This document shows, piece after piece, positions 35,700-44,660 of a stretch of 55,442 bases of DNA. The position numbers and the translations under genes were made by a program. The number at the start of each line of letters is the position of its first letter. The first letter of the stretch is position 1. Origin of the DNA: a virus (lineage: Duplodnaviria; Caudoviricetes); the IMG/VR virus record IMGVR_UViG_3300035661_000078, positions 1 through 55,442 of that record; one strand, written 5' to 3'. The notes beneath the pieces are model-generated. The model was not told the origin of the DNA. It did not search any database and was given only the letters and a program-made list of their open reading frames with translations.

Positions 35700-36124
35700 T
35701 TCCTCGCCGGCGCGAAGGCCTGGGCCACGGCTGTCTTGCCGCGGCTCTCCTTCGGGACGACCAGGAGATCCATGACTTCCGCTAGGGCGTAGTCGCGACA
35801 ATAGGTGATGGCTGAACCCACCCCTTGGACGTCGTGCTTGCTCACAGGCGCAGAGCATTCCGAGGCGATCCACTCCCCGCCCTTGTGGGAGAGGAGTATC
35901 CTTACCGTGACCACTCCGTTGTCCATCTGTGGGTTCTGGGTGATGGAGATACCATGCTTCAAGAAGACTGGCTGAACCGTGTTGAACACCTCTGTCGGGT
36001 CGGCATACTTGGACTTGAAGGCCGGGTTCACAGAACCCTTCGTGGTTTTCTTCGCTTCGGCCTGGGCCTGGGAGATCGCCTCGCTGAGTGCGGCGATGCT
36101 TTCGGTGTGTTTGAGCATCGTCAT
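35696..36124 (-). CDS. Second ERF-family paralogue, shortened and lacking the DDDG motif
   Basis: Highly similar to 33884-34537 over about 115 aa; TYCRRY becomes TYCRDY and the sequence then diverges. Confidence 0.8.
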   Translation of the reverse strand: MTMLKHTESIAALSEAISQAQAEAKKTTKGSVNPAFKSKYADPTEVFNTVQPVFLKHGISITQNPQMDNGVVTVRILLSHKGGEWIASECSAPVSKHDVQGVGSAITYCRDYALAEVMDLLVVPKESRGKTAVAQAFAPARK

Positions 36125-36501
36125 GCCTCGACCGTGATCTTGGGGCGTTCGCCCTTGACGTGCTGAACCGTGGGCAACTCGGCCAGGGCCAGATGGGTCT
36201 GCACCTCGAGCAGGTCCTGCTTCTTCTTCAGGTCGGCGTAGAGCTTCTCTACCGCCTTCATCCAGAGCTTCATGCCCACCTCGCTTTCGGTGGTGAACGT
36301 CTGCGCGTCCATGACCTCCAGGATGGACACCTCTTTGCCCAGGTTGACGGAGGCGTGGCCGCTGGCCAGCTCTTCCTCGATGCCATCGTCAACCACGAGG
36401 GAGGCGATCACATGGATGCGGGCCCCCTTGAGGTAGTCCCCGCCAGCCGATTCGATCCTGACCCAGCGGGTCAGCTTGATTTTGGTTTCCTCGGAACCCA
36501 T
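36121..36501 (-). CDS. Hypothetical protein
   Basis: RBS AAGGAGG. Confidence 0.65.
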   Translation of the reverse strand: MGSEETKIKLTRWVRIESAGGDYLKGARIHVIASLVVDDGIEEELASGHASVNLGKEVSILEVMDAQTFTTESEVGMKLWMKAVEKLYADLKKKQDLLEVQTHLALAELPTVQHVKGERPKITVEA

Positions 36502-36613
36502 GGGTTCCTCCTTTTTAAGTGGGTATGACGCCCAGGCAGGGCAATCATACGGACAAAAAATACCGGATGCCAGAGATTTTCCAGCATCCGGTTGCGTACT
36601 TCTTCGTCAGGGG

Positions 36614-36748
36614 TCAGCGGCGCCAGCGGGTCAGGCGAAAATACTGCTTCACGGCAGGATCTTTCACGATGAGGGTGACGATCACGGCCAGGCCTAGCGA
36701 GGCCCAAACGATGCCGAGGAAGATGAGGGCGTCCTCAACTGCGTTCAT
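36614..36748 (-). CDS. Small membrane protein (not in ORF track)
   Basis: TAATG overlap with radC; MNAVEDALIFLGIVWASLGLAVIVTLIVKD..., 44 aa. Confidence 0.5.
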   Translation of the reverse strand: MNAVEDALIFLGIVWASLGLAVIVTLIVKDPAVKQYFRLTRWRR

Positions 36749-37335
36749 TACGACTCCCGGTCCCAGCCCTCGGCGGCCCGAAAGCTGAAGTAGCGGTTGT
36801 TGCCGAGAACGAGGTGGTCCGACAGGGGCACACCCAGGGAATCGCCGGCCGTCCGAAGACGACGGGTGAGCTTCCGGTCTTCGTCGCTGGGGGTTGGATC
36901 TCCGCTGGGGTGGTTGTGGAAGGCTAGGGCCGTGGTGGCGCCGTGGCGCAGGGCCTCCCGGAAGAACTCGCGGGGGCTAATCATGGTGGCCGTGGCCGTG
37001 CCCCTGGAAAGGATGCGATCCGCCAGCAGGTCGCCCTTGGCGTTCAGGGCCAGCAAGCCGAAGCGTTCCTCGGTCCAGCCCTGAGTCTTGGGCAGCAGGT
37101 AGTCGCCTGCGGCCCGGGGGCTAGTGATGCGCTGCGGCTTCTCCCAGGCGCGGGGCGTCCGGATGAGCTGGGCCAGGGCCTCGGCCTTGATCTGAGCTTC
37201 CGGCGGCATCCCGGCGGTGTTGCCAGCCATCACGTCCACGATGCCGTAGGGCTCGGGGATGCCGAGGACTCGAAGCAGGTCTTCCGTCTTCACGCTGTCC
37301 GCTCCGTAGAGCCGGACGGTCTCCCGGATGAGCAT
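36748..37335 (-). CDS. radC: RadC-like JAB-domain protein
   Basis: PREFFREAL...AFHNHPSGDPTPS.ED...L.DHLV. Confidence 0.92.
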   Translation of the reverse strand: MLIRETVRLYGADSVKTEDLLRVLGIPEPYGIVDVMAGNTAGMPPEAQIKAEALAQLIRTPRAWEKPQRITSPRAAGDYLLPKTQGWTEERFGLLALNAKGDLLADRILSRGTATATMISPREFFREALRHGATTALAFHNHPSGDPTPSDEDRKLTRRLRTAGDSLGVPLSDHLVLGNNRYFSFRAAEGWDRES

Positions 37336-37440
37336 GGTTCCTCCTTCATGGGGACTTGGGCCCGGCGGCTCCCCCAGCCAGGACGATTCCTGGCGGGCGT
37401 CGGGCCCCCCGATCACACCCCTTGGTGATCGGTACACGCC

Positions 37441-37460
37441 GAAAGGGGGCCGAAGCCCCC
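37441..37460 (-). terminator. Probable rho-independent terminator
   Basis: GGGGGC-TTCG-GCCCCC-TTTC on the minus strand. Confidence 0.65.
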
Positions 37461-37481
37461 TCCCGGTGGTCCCTCCAGTCC

Positions 37482-38018
37482 TCAGAAGGGGACCTCTTCC
37501 TTCTTCTCCGCCTTGGCGTGACGGATGGCCTTCAGCTCGGCGGCCAGCTGGTCCATGTTGGCCAGGGCCTCCTCCACCGTGCTGCCGAACGCGCCGCCGC
37601 GGATCCTGCCCTGGGTCACGGGTTCCGGGGTCTTTTCCATGACCTCGCCGGTCTCATCGTTCACCACCTCGTAGGCCTTGCCCTGGAACTTCTCGCTGTC
37701 CAGCTGGACCCAGCAGGCCAGGTAGTACTGCTTGCTGGCGAAGGGGTCCAGCCCGCCCGTGGAGCTGATGGGCGTGTCCTCGAAGAACCGCAGGCGGACG
37801 TTCTCGCCCTTGGTGATGCCCAGGGCCGCGCCCTTCTCCGCGTCCATCTCCGCGATGCGGGCGCGGAAGGTGACGAAGGGGTTCCCGTTTTCCGGGGTGA
37901 ACACCTTCCGGGAGTTCTTCCAGACCTGGCAGACCATGGCGATGCGGTGCTGCTGGCCCTCCTGGCGGTTCCGGGCGGCGACGGCCTGCTGTGTGAAGAA
38001 TCCGTTGATGATGGCCAT
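37482..38018 (-). CDS. Hypothetical protein with SSB-like C-terminal tip (EEVPF)
   Basis: RBS AAGGAGG; beta-rich core; followed by a terminator. Confidence 0.65.
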   Translation of the reverse strand: MAIINGFFTQQAVAARNRQEGQQHRIAMVCQVWKNSRKVFTPENGNPFVTFRARIAEMDAEKGAALGITKGENVRLRFFEDTPISSTGGLDPFASKQYYLACWVQLDSEKFQGKAYEVVNDETGEVMEKTPEPVTQGRIRGGAFGSTVEEALANMDQLAAELKAIRHAKAEKKEEVPF

Positions 38019-38109
38019 GATGGCCTCCTTGAAAGCTCCGGTTGGAGCATGAACGTGCATCGGCCTGGAACGGCAGGCCGGGACCGTGCCCTGAATGGGC
38101 GAGGGAGTT

Positions 38110-38154
38110 GGACTCATCCCCTCCCCTCAAGCGAAGCGGGGGAGGGGTGAGTCC
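38110..38154. repeat. Hairpin repeat element, copy 1
   Basis: GGACTCATCCCCTCCCCTCAAGCGAAGCGGGGGAGGGGTGAGTCC; 37-bp core identical to copy 2. Confidence 0.9.
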
Positions 38155-38169
38155 CGATGGGGTGGGTTA

Positions 38170-38412
38170 CTACACGAGAACGAGGGCGGGGATCCTTCGG
38201 ATCTCAGCCAGGAGGTCCGCCACCTCTCGGGCCTGCACACAGGTCGGGCACCACCCGGTCACGACCTGGCGCAGATCACCAGGCGTCAGGGAAGGCGCAG
38301 CCTTTCGCGGTGGGATGGTCTTCGTCCTCAGGGCCCGCAGTTCCTCGAACGGGACGAAGACCTGAGCCTTCATCCCGCAACCCGGACACGCCGGGGTCTC
38401 AACCCTTGCCAT
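38170..38412 (-). CDS. Zn-ribbon small protein (paralogue of 38649-38915)
   Basis: RBS GGAGG; CPGCG...PGD....TGWCPTC. Confidence 0.6.
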   Translation of the reverse strand: MARVETPACPGCGMKAQVFVPFEELRALRTKTIPPRKAAPSLTPGDLRQVVTGWCPTCVQAREVADLLAEIRRIPALVLV

Positions 38413-38648
38413 GGCTGCCTCCATCCGGCTCCGTGCCGGTACAGCCTGAAAGCCCAGCCGAAGCTGGGCCATCAAGCATCCGGCACCATTTGTCGCCATG
38501 GTGGGGTGGCGCCCTTCCGGTCGGGCTGTCCCGTTCTTTTTCGTCGGTGGTGATCGGTCCACCGTCACAGCTTTGGCTCTCTCATTGCCGGGCGCTGCAC
38601 AGCCTAATGCCAGTTTAGGGCTGGAGGCAAGGGCCGAAGCCCCTCCCC

Positions 38649-38915
38649 TCAGTCCTGCCCGCGGCTTTCCTGAATCGCCTCGGCGTCATCGCTCAGGCCG
38701 TCGTCCTCTGCGTCCGGTCCCTTGAAGATGGCCTCCCAGCAGGCCGGGTGTGTGCCGGTGATGAGCATCTCCCGGTCGCCTGGCGCCATGTCAGGGAAAG
38801 CCCGCTGCACCAGCTCGCCAGCTTGACGCCGCTGCCACTGGCTTTCCTCCACCTCCAACACGCTGCTCTCGCCGCAATGAATACAGCGCGGACACTGAAC
38901 CCTGATCTTTGCCAT
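38649..38915 (-). CDS. Zn-ribbon small protein
   Basis: CIHCG...VQRAFP.M.PGDREMLITGTHPACW. Confidence 0.65.
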   Translation of the reverse strand: MAKIRVQCPRCIHCGESSVLEVEESQWQRRQAGELVQRAFPDMAPGDREMLITGTHPACWEAIFKGPDAEDDGLSDDAEAIQESRGQD

Positions 38916-38967
38916 GGAACCCCTCGATGCTGGCCCAGGCATGGCCCGGGAAATGGATGGGCAGGGA

Positions 38968-39010
38968 GGATCATCCCCTCCCCTCAAGCGAAGCGGGGGA
39001 GGGGTGATCC
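38968..39010. repeat. Hairpin repeat element, copy 2
   Basis: GGATCATCCCCTCCCCTCAAGCGAAGCGGGGGAGGGGTGATCC. Confidence 0.9.
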
Positions 39011-39090
39011 ACGATGGAGTGGGTCGGCGGCATGACGGGGACACGAGACCTGGGTCGCCCCTCACCGAGCAGCACGAACCAGGGAAGGAG

Positions 39091-39176
39091 GAGGACGGTG
39101 GGGAGCCGAGAAGCTGGGAAGCAGGGAGGACGGTGGGGAGCTGAGAAGTCGGAAAGCGGTGAGGACGGTGGGGAGC
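39091..39176. repeat. Three direct repeats of GAGGACGGTGGGGAGC with exact 35-bp period
   Basis: Copies start at 39091, 39126 and 39161. Confidence 0.9.
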
Positions 39177-39718
39177 GTTCACTTCGCCGCCGCCCCTTAT
39201 CTGGCCGCGCGCCTGAGTCGGCAGCCGCCCGCTGCATGCTGCCGGGCAAAACGTTTCCCTCCCGGCTGGTCGTGCGGGTTCCTGTTTGTGCTGCCGTGCC
39301 GCCCCGTGCCCTGCCGGGCCGTGGGTGCGGGGGCAGGGTCGGGGAGCGGGAGGCGGTGCCCTGCCTGGCGAGGAACGAGCAGGCAGGCAAAGCCGCGATG
39401 GAGTGGGTCGAGGCCATTGGGGGGGGAAGACACATGCCACCCCCCGGTTTGGAGGAATACTCCCTTGTGAGCAGAGCCCACGCACACGGCCCTTCCTCTT
39501 CGCCCGGCCACGAGAACGCCTCGCCCTGGGCCTGGGAGGGGTCCAGGGGGCGTCCTGGTTCAGGGGGCAGAGGGATAGGGCGGGGTCGTCATGGGAGCCT
39601 GTTCAGAGGGCAGAAGTCTGGGAAGGAGATAGATCATAGAAGAGGGAGATCACAGAAAATCAGGGTAGATGAGATTATTGATGAGTTATCTCGCCAGGGG
39701 AATTGGCCACCGTGGGAA

Positions 39719-39761
39719 TGTCAGTGTTTTTGACACCCCTTGGCTGTCATGATCTCTGACA
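39719..39761. promoter_or_regulatory. Tandem palindromic operator-like sites TGTCA-N7-TGACA
   Basis: 39719-39735 and 39745-39761, upstream of the HTH gene and late operon. Confidence 0.6.
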
Positions 39762-39817
39762 GTTATTCCCGAGAGGTTGTGGGAATTACCTGTTGAGGCA
39801 TGGAATTTGGAGGCGGC

Positions 39818-40231
39818 ATGGAGCGGTTCGTGGTGGCCTACCCGGAGAATCTGCGGGTGGCGTGGGACCTGGTGGGGACAAGATCGTTTCGGGCGCTGTT
39901 GCATCTGGCTGATGGCCTGAAGAACGGAAATACGGTGGATTGGACCGCCGCGGACCTGGCGAAGGTGATGCGGGTGAGCGAGCGGACGGCCTACCGCTAT
40001 CTGACCCGGCTGAAAGAAAAGGGATTGATCGCAAGAACGGGCCGCCTTTGGATGGTAAATGGCAGGGTGTTTTACCGTGGGCGGCTGTCCGAGCGCGGCG
40101 ACAACCTGCGCTACTTCGAGGAAACCCTTCTCTATGCAGGCGCCAGCGAAGAATGCGATGCGGGCACGGACCTTGGTGGAGAAGGCCCGGACGGCCTTGC
40201 GCCTGCGGCATCGGCTGGAGGGCCCGGATGA
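39818..40231 (+). CDS. Winged-helix HTH protein (RepL-like)
   Basis: RBS GGAGG; T.ADLAK.M.VS.RT.YR.L..LKEKGLI.....W.VN...FY.G. Confidence 0.65.
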   Translation: MERFVVAYPENLRVAWDLVGTRSFRALLHLADGLKNGNTVDWTAADLAKVMRVSERTAYRYLTRLKEKGLIARTGRLWMVNGRVFYRGRLSERGDNLRYFEETLLYAGASEECDAGTDLGGEGPDGLAPAASAGGPG

Positions 40232-40847
40232 CCTGACCCTAGCCCAGCGGCTGGACCGCCGGGAGCTGGGCGGAAAGACCTGGACGGTGGAGGGGAAGAC
40301 CCTGACCAAGAACCAGGTGGTGGCCTATGCCCTGGACGCCCTGGCCACAGGCGAACGAGGACTCCCATTCATTTGCGCGAAGCCCGGGATGCCCAGCCTT
40401 CCGACCCTGGTGGGCTGGATCAACCACAACCCGGAATGGCAGAAGGCCAGGAAGCTGGCCGAGGAATGCCAGGCCCTGGTCATGGCGGACAACGCCCAGG
40501 CCCGGGCCCGGAGCGCAGGCGGGGGCGACATGGTTGGGGTGAAGGGCGACGAGCTCTACATCAAGCAATGCAACTGGATGGCCGAACGGCTGGACCGGAA
40601 GAAGTGGTCCGAGAAGGGGGAGACGCCAGACCTGGCGGATCCGCTGGCCAACGCCAGCGAGCGGGACCTCATCAACCGCATCGTCGCTGGGCTCCTCGCC
40701 GCACCGGCCATGATGGAGCAGCTGGCCCCTCGCCTGAAGCAGATCCTCCCGCCCGAGAAGGTGGCCGAAGTGCAGGCCATGGTCCTCGCCGCCCGGCAGC
40801 AGCAGGCCATCGAGGGCGAGCTGGCAGCCGTCGAGGCGGACACTTGA
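40134..40847 (+). CDS. terS: Terminase small subunit (Sf6-like; start uncertain)
   Basis: ICAKPGMPSLPTLVGW....EW....AEE.QA...AD...W.AERL..KKW. Confidence 0.8.
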   Translation: MQAPAKNAMRARTLVEKARTALRLRHRLEGPDDLTLAQRLDRRELGGKTWTVEGKTLTKNQVVAYALDALATGERGLPFICAKPGMPSLPTLVGWINHNPEWQKARKLAEECQALVMADNAQARARSAGGGDMVGVKGDELYIKQCNWMAERLDRKKWSEKGETPDLADPLANASERDLINRIVAGLLAAPAMMEQLAPRLKQILPPEKVAEVQAMVLAARQQQAIEGELAAVEADT

Positions 40848-40999
40848 GGCCCCTGCAGGACAACCACCGGGCCGCATGGTTGGCTCAGGAGCGGCGAAGG
40901 AAGCAGCGGATCCTCTTCCTGGTGGAGATGACGGCCCTTTGGCTGGGCACGACCTGGTTCCTCTTCGTGGGGCTGTTGCTTCTCGGGGGTGCCCGGTGA
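40844..40999 (+). CDS. Small membrane protein between terS and terL
   Basis: TTGA and GTGA overlaps at the two ends; hydrophobic C-terminal half. Confidence 0.45.
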   Translation: MRPLQDNHRAAWLAQERRRKQRILFLVEMTALWLGTTWFLFVGLLLLGGAR

Positions 41000-42444
41000 G
41001 CATCGAGATTCTCCAGGAGACCGTGGAGGCCATGGCGGAACTGGAGCGCCGACGGGAGGACCAGGCCCTCGTTTATTGGCCCACGATCTACCCCTCCCAG
41101 AAGGACGCATGCCAGAGCTCCCATCAGATCACCGCGCTTTTCGGGGCGAACCAGGCGGGAAAATCCGTCACCGGCCTGCGGCGCATGGCCTGGGATCTGA
41201 CGGGCATCTACCCCGAATGGTATGAGGGCCCCCGCACCCTGACGGCCATCAATGCCTGGATCGTGGGTGAGACCTCGGACTTGACCCGAGACGGCCTGCA
41301 GAAGAAGCTCCTGGGACCAGACCTGTACAACCCCGGCAAGGGCGGCATCCTCTCCCGACGCTACCTGAAATCGAAGCCCGTGTACAAGCAGAACGGCGGT
41401 GGGGCCATCGACTACTTCCTGGTGCCCCATGTGTCCGGTGGCACGTCAGCCTGTGCCTTCAAGAACTACGCCCAGGGCCGCGTCGGCCTCCAGTCCGCCA
41501 CCATCCAGCGCCTCCTGATTGACGAGGAGCCACCCTGGGAGGAGTGGCAGGAATTGATGATGCGTATTTCGGAGGCCGCCGAGAAGGGGGACGGCTACAC
41601 GACAATCTGCTTCACCCCCCTGAAGGGCAAGACGAAGGTGGTCAAGACCCTCTGGGAAGACAACCCGGACGTGGGTGTGTTCCTCTTGTCGGCCGAGGAG
41701 GCGACCCACCTGGGCCCAGGCCACATCGAGAAGTGGAAGCGGCTCCTCAAGAACGACCCGGCCGCCCTCAAGGCGCGCCTCTATGGCCTGCCGGATGTGA
41801 ACACAGGCCTCGTCTGGAACGCGAATTGGAGCGAGTTCCGAATCCCTCGGTTCGAGATCCCCCCAGCCTGGCCCCGCCTTGGCGCCATTGACTACGGCTG
41901 GACGCATCCCACATGCCTCGTGATCCTGGCCAAGGATCCCCGCACGGACGATGTGTTCGTGGAGCGAGCCTGGCGTTTCACCGAGACGAAGTACTGGCAG
42001 ATCGTCAAGATCATGCGGCCCTGGTGGGAGAAGGGGATCCAGTTCTTCGGGGATCCCTCTGCGGAACAGCCAGACCGAGCCAATGGCGAGAAGCTCCTGC
42101 ACACGTATCTGAATGACCTGCATCCAGGCTGGGAATCCGTCCCCCCCGAGGAGCGCGCCATCGTGAACGCTCCCCGGACGCCCCAGATCCGCAACGACAT
42201 GGTGCAGAAGCGCCTGGATGAAGGAACCCTCTGGTTCTTCGATGACCTGGACCCCGTGCTTTTCGAGGAGGTCCAGGGCTACGCCTACACGAAGAAGGGG
42301 AAGCTGCCCGAAGTGAACGACGACTACCCCGACACGCTGGGCTACGGAATCCAAATGCTCTCCCGCGCTCGCCCGCCCTCCGCTTTCCGCCGCCCGGTTG
42401 TCGTTAAGACCTTCCACCTCAAGACCTGCATGAAGGGGTTCTAG
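40996..42444 (+). CDS. terL: Terminase large subunit (P22-like)
   Basis: Walker A GANQAGKS, Walker B LLIDEEP, nuclease IDYGWTHP and DD.PD motifs. Confidence 0.93.
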   Translation: MSIEILQETVEAMAELERRREDQALVYWPTIYPSQKDACQSSHQITALFGANQAGKSVTGLRRMAWDLTGIYPEWYEGPRTLTAINAWIVGETSDLTRDGLQKKLLGPDLYNPGKGGILSRRYLKSKPVYKQNGGGAIDYFLVPHVSGGTSACAFKNYAQGRVGLQSATIQRLLIDEEPPWEEWQELMMRISEAAEKGDGYTTICFTPLKGKTKVVKTLWEDNPDVGVFLLSAEEATHLGPGHIEKWKRLLKNDPAALKARLYGLPDVNTGLVWNANWSEFRIPRFEIPPAWPRLGAIDYGWTHPTCLVILAKDPRTDDVFVERAWRFTETKYWQIVKIMRPWWEKGIQFFGDPSAEQPDRANGEKLLHTYLNDLHPGWESVPPEERAIVNAPRTPQIRNDMVQKRLDEGTLWFFDDLDPVLFEEVQGYAYTKKGKLPEVNDDYPDTLGYGIQMLSRARPPSAFRRPVVVKTFHLKTCMKGF

Positions 42445-42446
42445 CC

Positions 42447-44657
42447 ATGCTTGTTCAAATCCGACCCGGGAAACCCGACATTCTCCTGGCCCCCCAGGCT
42501 CCCAAGGTGGAAGCACCCCAGGCGGACCCAACCCTCGTCCTGCTCTCCCGCGCCCCGGGCCTCGCCGGCTTCGTGGAGGAGGAGTTCGCCTTTTTCAAGA
42601 CCTGCATGACGCCCCTGCATAAGCGGTGGGTGCGCTTCAGGCGGCACTTCCTGGGCATCTATGGCGAGGAGTTCACGGCCCAGGAAGGCCAGTCGGACCT
42701 GTTCATCAAGCGAACCCGAGAGCGCGTGAGCACGGCCTTCACCAAGCTGATGAAGCTGATCCTGCCCATGGTGGGCGATCCCTGGGATCTTCGCGTCAGC
42801 CCCAGGCCCCAGAACCCCTTCGGAACCGATCCCAAACAAGCCGTGGCTGGGATGCGCCAGGCGATCCGGGATCACCTGGCCAACATGCAGTTCAACAAGA
42901 CCCTGCGTTATGTGGTCTGGGATGAGTGCCTCTTCGGAACTGGCATCACCTACGGCCCCGTAGGCGTGACCGACCCCAATCCGGCATGGGCCCGAATCCG
43001 CGGCATCACCCTTCCACAGGAGGTTCGCCCCGACATTCAGCATGTTCCAATCTGGGAGCTCTATACCGACCCCATGGTGGCCAAGAAGGAGCGGGTAGCC
43101 TCTGCGATCTGGCGCCGCGTCCTGAACCGGAAGCAGCTGGTGGAGTTGGGTCGCGTCCAGGGATTCGACCCCACGCAGATTGACCTTCTTCTCCAGGCCT
43201 TGCCGAAGGGGAACTACGTCCGCGAGTACTGGGAAACCGAGCTGGCATTCCAAACGCCCAAGGAACCCCGCTGGGCGGTGTACGAGCGGTGGGGTCTCGT
43301 GGACCAGGACAAGCAGGAGGAATGGGGCCTCGACGAGACGACCACGGGCTTCGTCTCCAGCTGGACCTGCGGCCCCTTCACGCTGGCGCTCTTCGTGGAT
43401 CCCATGTATGAGCACGAGCTTCCGTTCGACTGGATCCCCTATGAACAGGCGGACGGGTCAATCTATGGCTCCGGCGTGGCTGAGCACGTAGAAGACATTC
43501 AGATCATGGAGAATGCCCTGGGCCGGGCTCTCCACAACAACCTGGCGGACTCCTCGATTCCCCAGGTGGAACTGGACATGACCCAGCTGGATCCCGGGAC
43601 CGACCCCCGCTGGAAAGCCGGGAAGACCTGGCTGAAGCGTCCGAACGAACTGGCCAAGGGCATGCGGGCGGTGGACTTCTACCTCCCCCCCAACAATTCC
43701 GGCCAGATCCTGCAGGCCTGGCAGCTCTTCGAGAGCCTGATGCCGGTGGTGTCCAGCATGCCGGTGGTGGAGAACCCGGGCGCCATGGGCAGCGGGGTAC
43801 GGACGGACGGCATGCAAACCCGGGCCTACTCCACAGCCGAAGGGTTCATCCGGAATGTGGTGGGGAACAACGATGAGTTCGGTTGGGTGGTCTGGATCGG
43901 CCGCCTCTTCAACTGGGAAATGGGGTACGGGAAGGACGACTCCGTGAAGGGCGACCTGCAGCCGGTGGCCTTGGGCGTCTATGGTGCGGTGCGGCGGGAA
44001 CAGATTGCACAGAACGCTGGCCTCCTGCGGCAACTCGCGGGAGACCCAGAGCTGGCGCCCTACCTAAACAACCCCAAGATCCTCTATGACATTCTTCCTG
44101 CCCTGGGCCTGGAGGACGAGGGGTACGTGTTGAGCCCAGACCAGGTGGCCGCGAAGATGCAGCTGGAGAGCCAGCACGAAGCCATGAAGGCCGGCATGAC
44201 CACCCTGGCTGAACAAGCCGTGAGCCACGGCATCCGAGCCAGCGCCAGCCGCGCCGATGCGCTTCTCACCATCCTCCGATCCATCAAGGACGACAGCAAC
44301 CCTGCATGGGGTCCCACCTTCCAGCAGGCCATGGAGGCGCAAGGCGCCATGACGCCGGCGATCTACATCGCCCTTCAGGCCTGGGCCCTGAACATGCAGG
44401 CCGACGTGCTGGCCAAGGGTGGGGCCGGCATGGGCCAGGAGTGGTCTGCCGTGATGCAGAGCTTCCACCCACAAAAGATCCTCGACCTGGACCCCGACTA
44501 CCGTCCCCGCGGGGCCAACATGGCCCTGCCCGGTCAGGACGGCCAGCCCGCCCTTGGAATGGGGCCTCAATCCGATGGAGCGAGTCCGAACGAGAAGCCC
44601 GAAACCCAAACCCTCGCTCCGGATGCCACCCGGCTTTCGGGCCAGGAAGGAGAATAG
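42447..44657 (+). CDS. Portal protein
   Basis: 736 aa directly after terL; LPF....YE....SIYG.GV..H.EDIQ...N...R...NN pattern of podoviral portals. Confidence 0.85.
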   Translation: MLVQIRPGKPDILLAPQAPKVEAPQADPTLVLLSRAPGLAGFVEEEFAFFKTCMTPLHKRWVRFRRHFLGIYGEEFTAQEGQSDLFIKRTRERVSTAFTKLMKLILPMVGDPWDLRVSPRPQNPFGTDPKQAVAGMRQAIRDHLANMQFNKTLRYVVWDECLFGTGITYGPVGVTDPNPAWARIRGITLPQEVRPDIQHVPIWELYTDPMVAKKERVASAIWRRVLNRKQLVELGRVQGFDPTQIDLLLQALPKGNYVREYWETELAFQTPKEPRWAVYERWGLVDQDKQEEWGLDETTTGFVSSWTCGPFTLALFVDPMYEHELPFDWIPYEQADGSIYGSGVAEHVEDIQIMENALGRALHNNLADSSIPQVELDMTQLDPGTDPRWKAGKTWLKRPNELAKGMRAVDFYLPPNNSGQILQAWQLFESLMPVVSSMPVVENPGAMGSGVRTDGMQTRAYSTAEGFIRNVVGNNDEFGWVVWIGRLFNWEMGYGKDDSVKGDLQPVALGVYGAVRREQIAQNAGLLRQLAGDPELAPYLNNPKILYDILPALGLEDEGYVLSPDQVAAKMQLESQHEAMKAGMTTLAEQAVSHGIRASASRADALLTILRSIKDDSNPAWGPTFQQAMEAQGAMTPAIYIALQAWALNMQADVLAKGGAGMGQEWSAVMQSFHPQKILDLDPDYRPRGANMALPGQDGQPALGMGPQSDGASPNEKPETQTLAPDATRLSGQEGE

Positions 44658-44660
44658 CAA

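Noticed and set aside
39091-39176. Mini CRISPR array
   Set aside because: The repeats are 16 bp, the 19-bp spacers resemble each other, and no cas genes are present; this is a degenerate tandem repeat.
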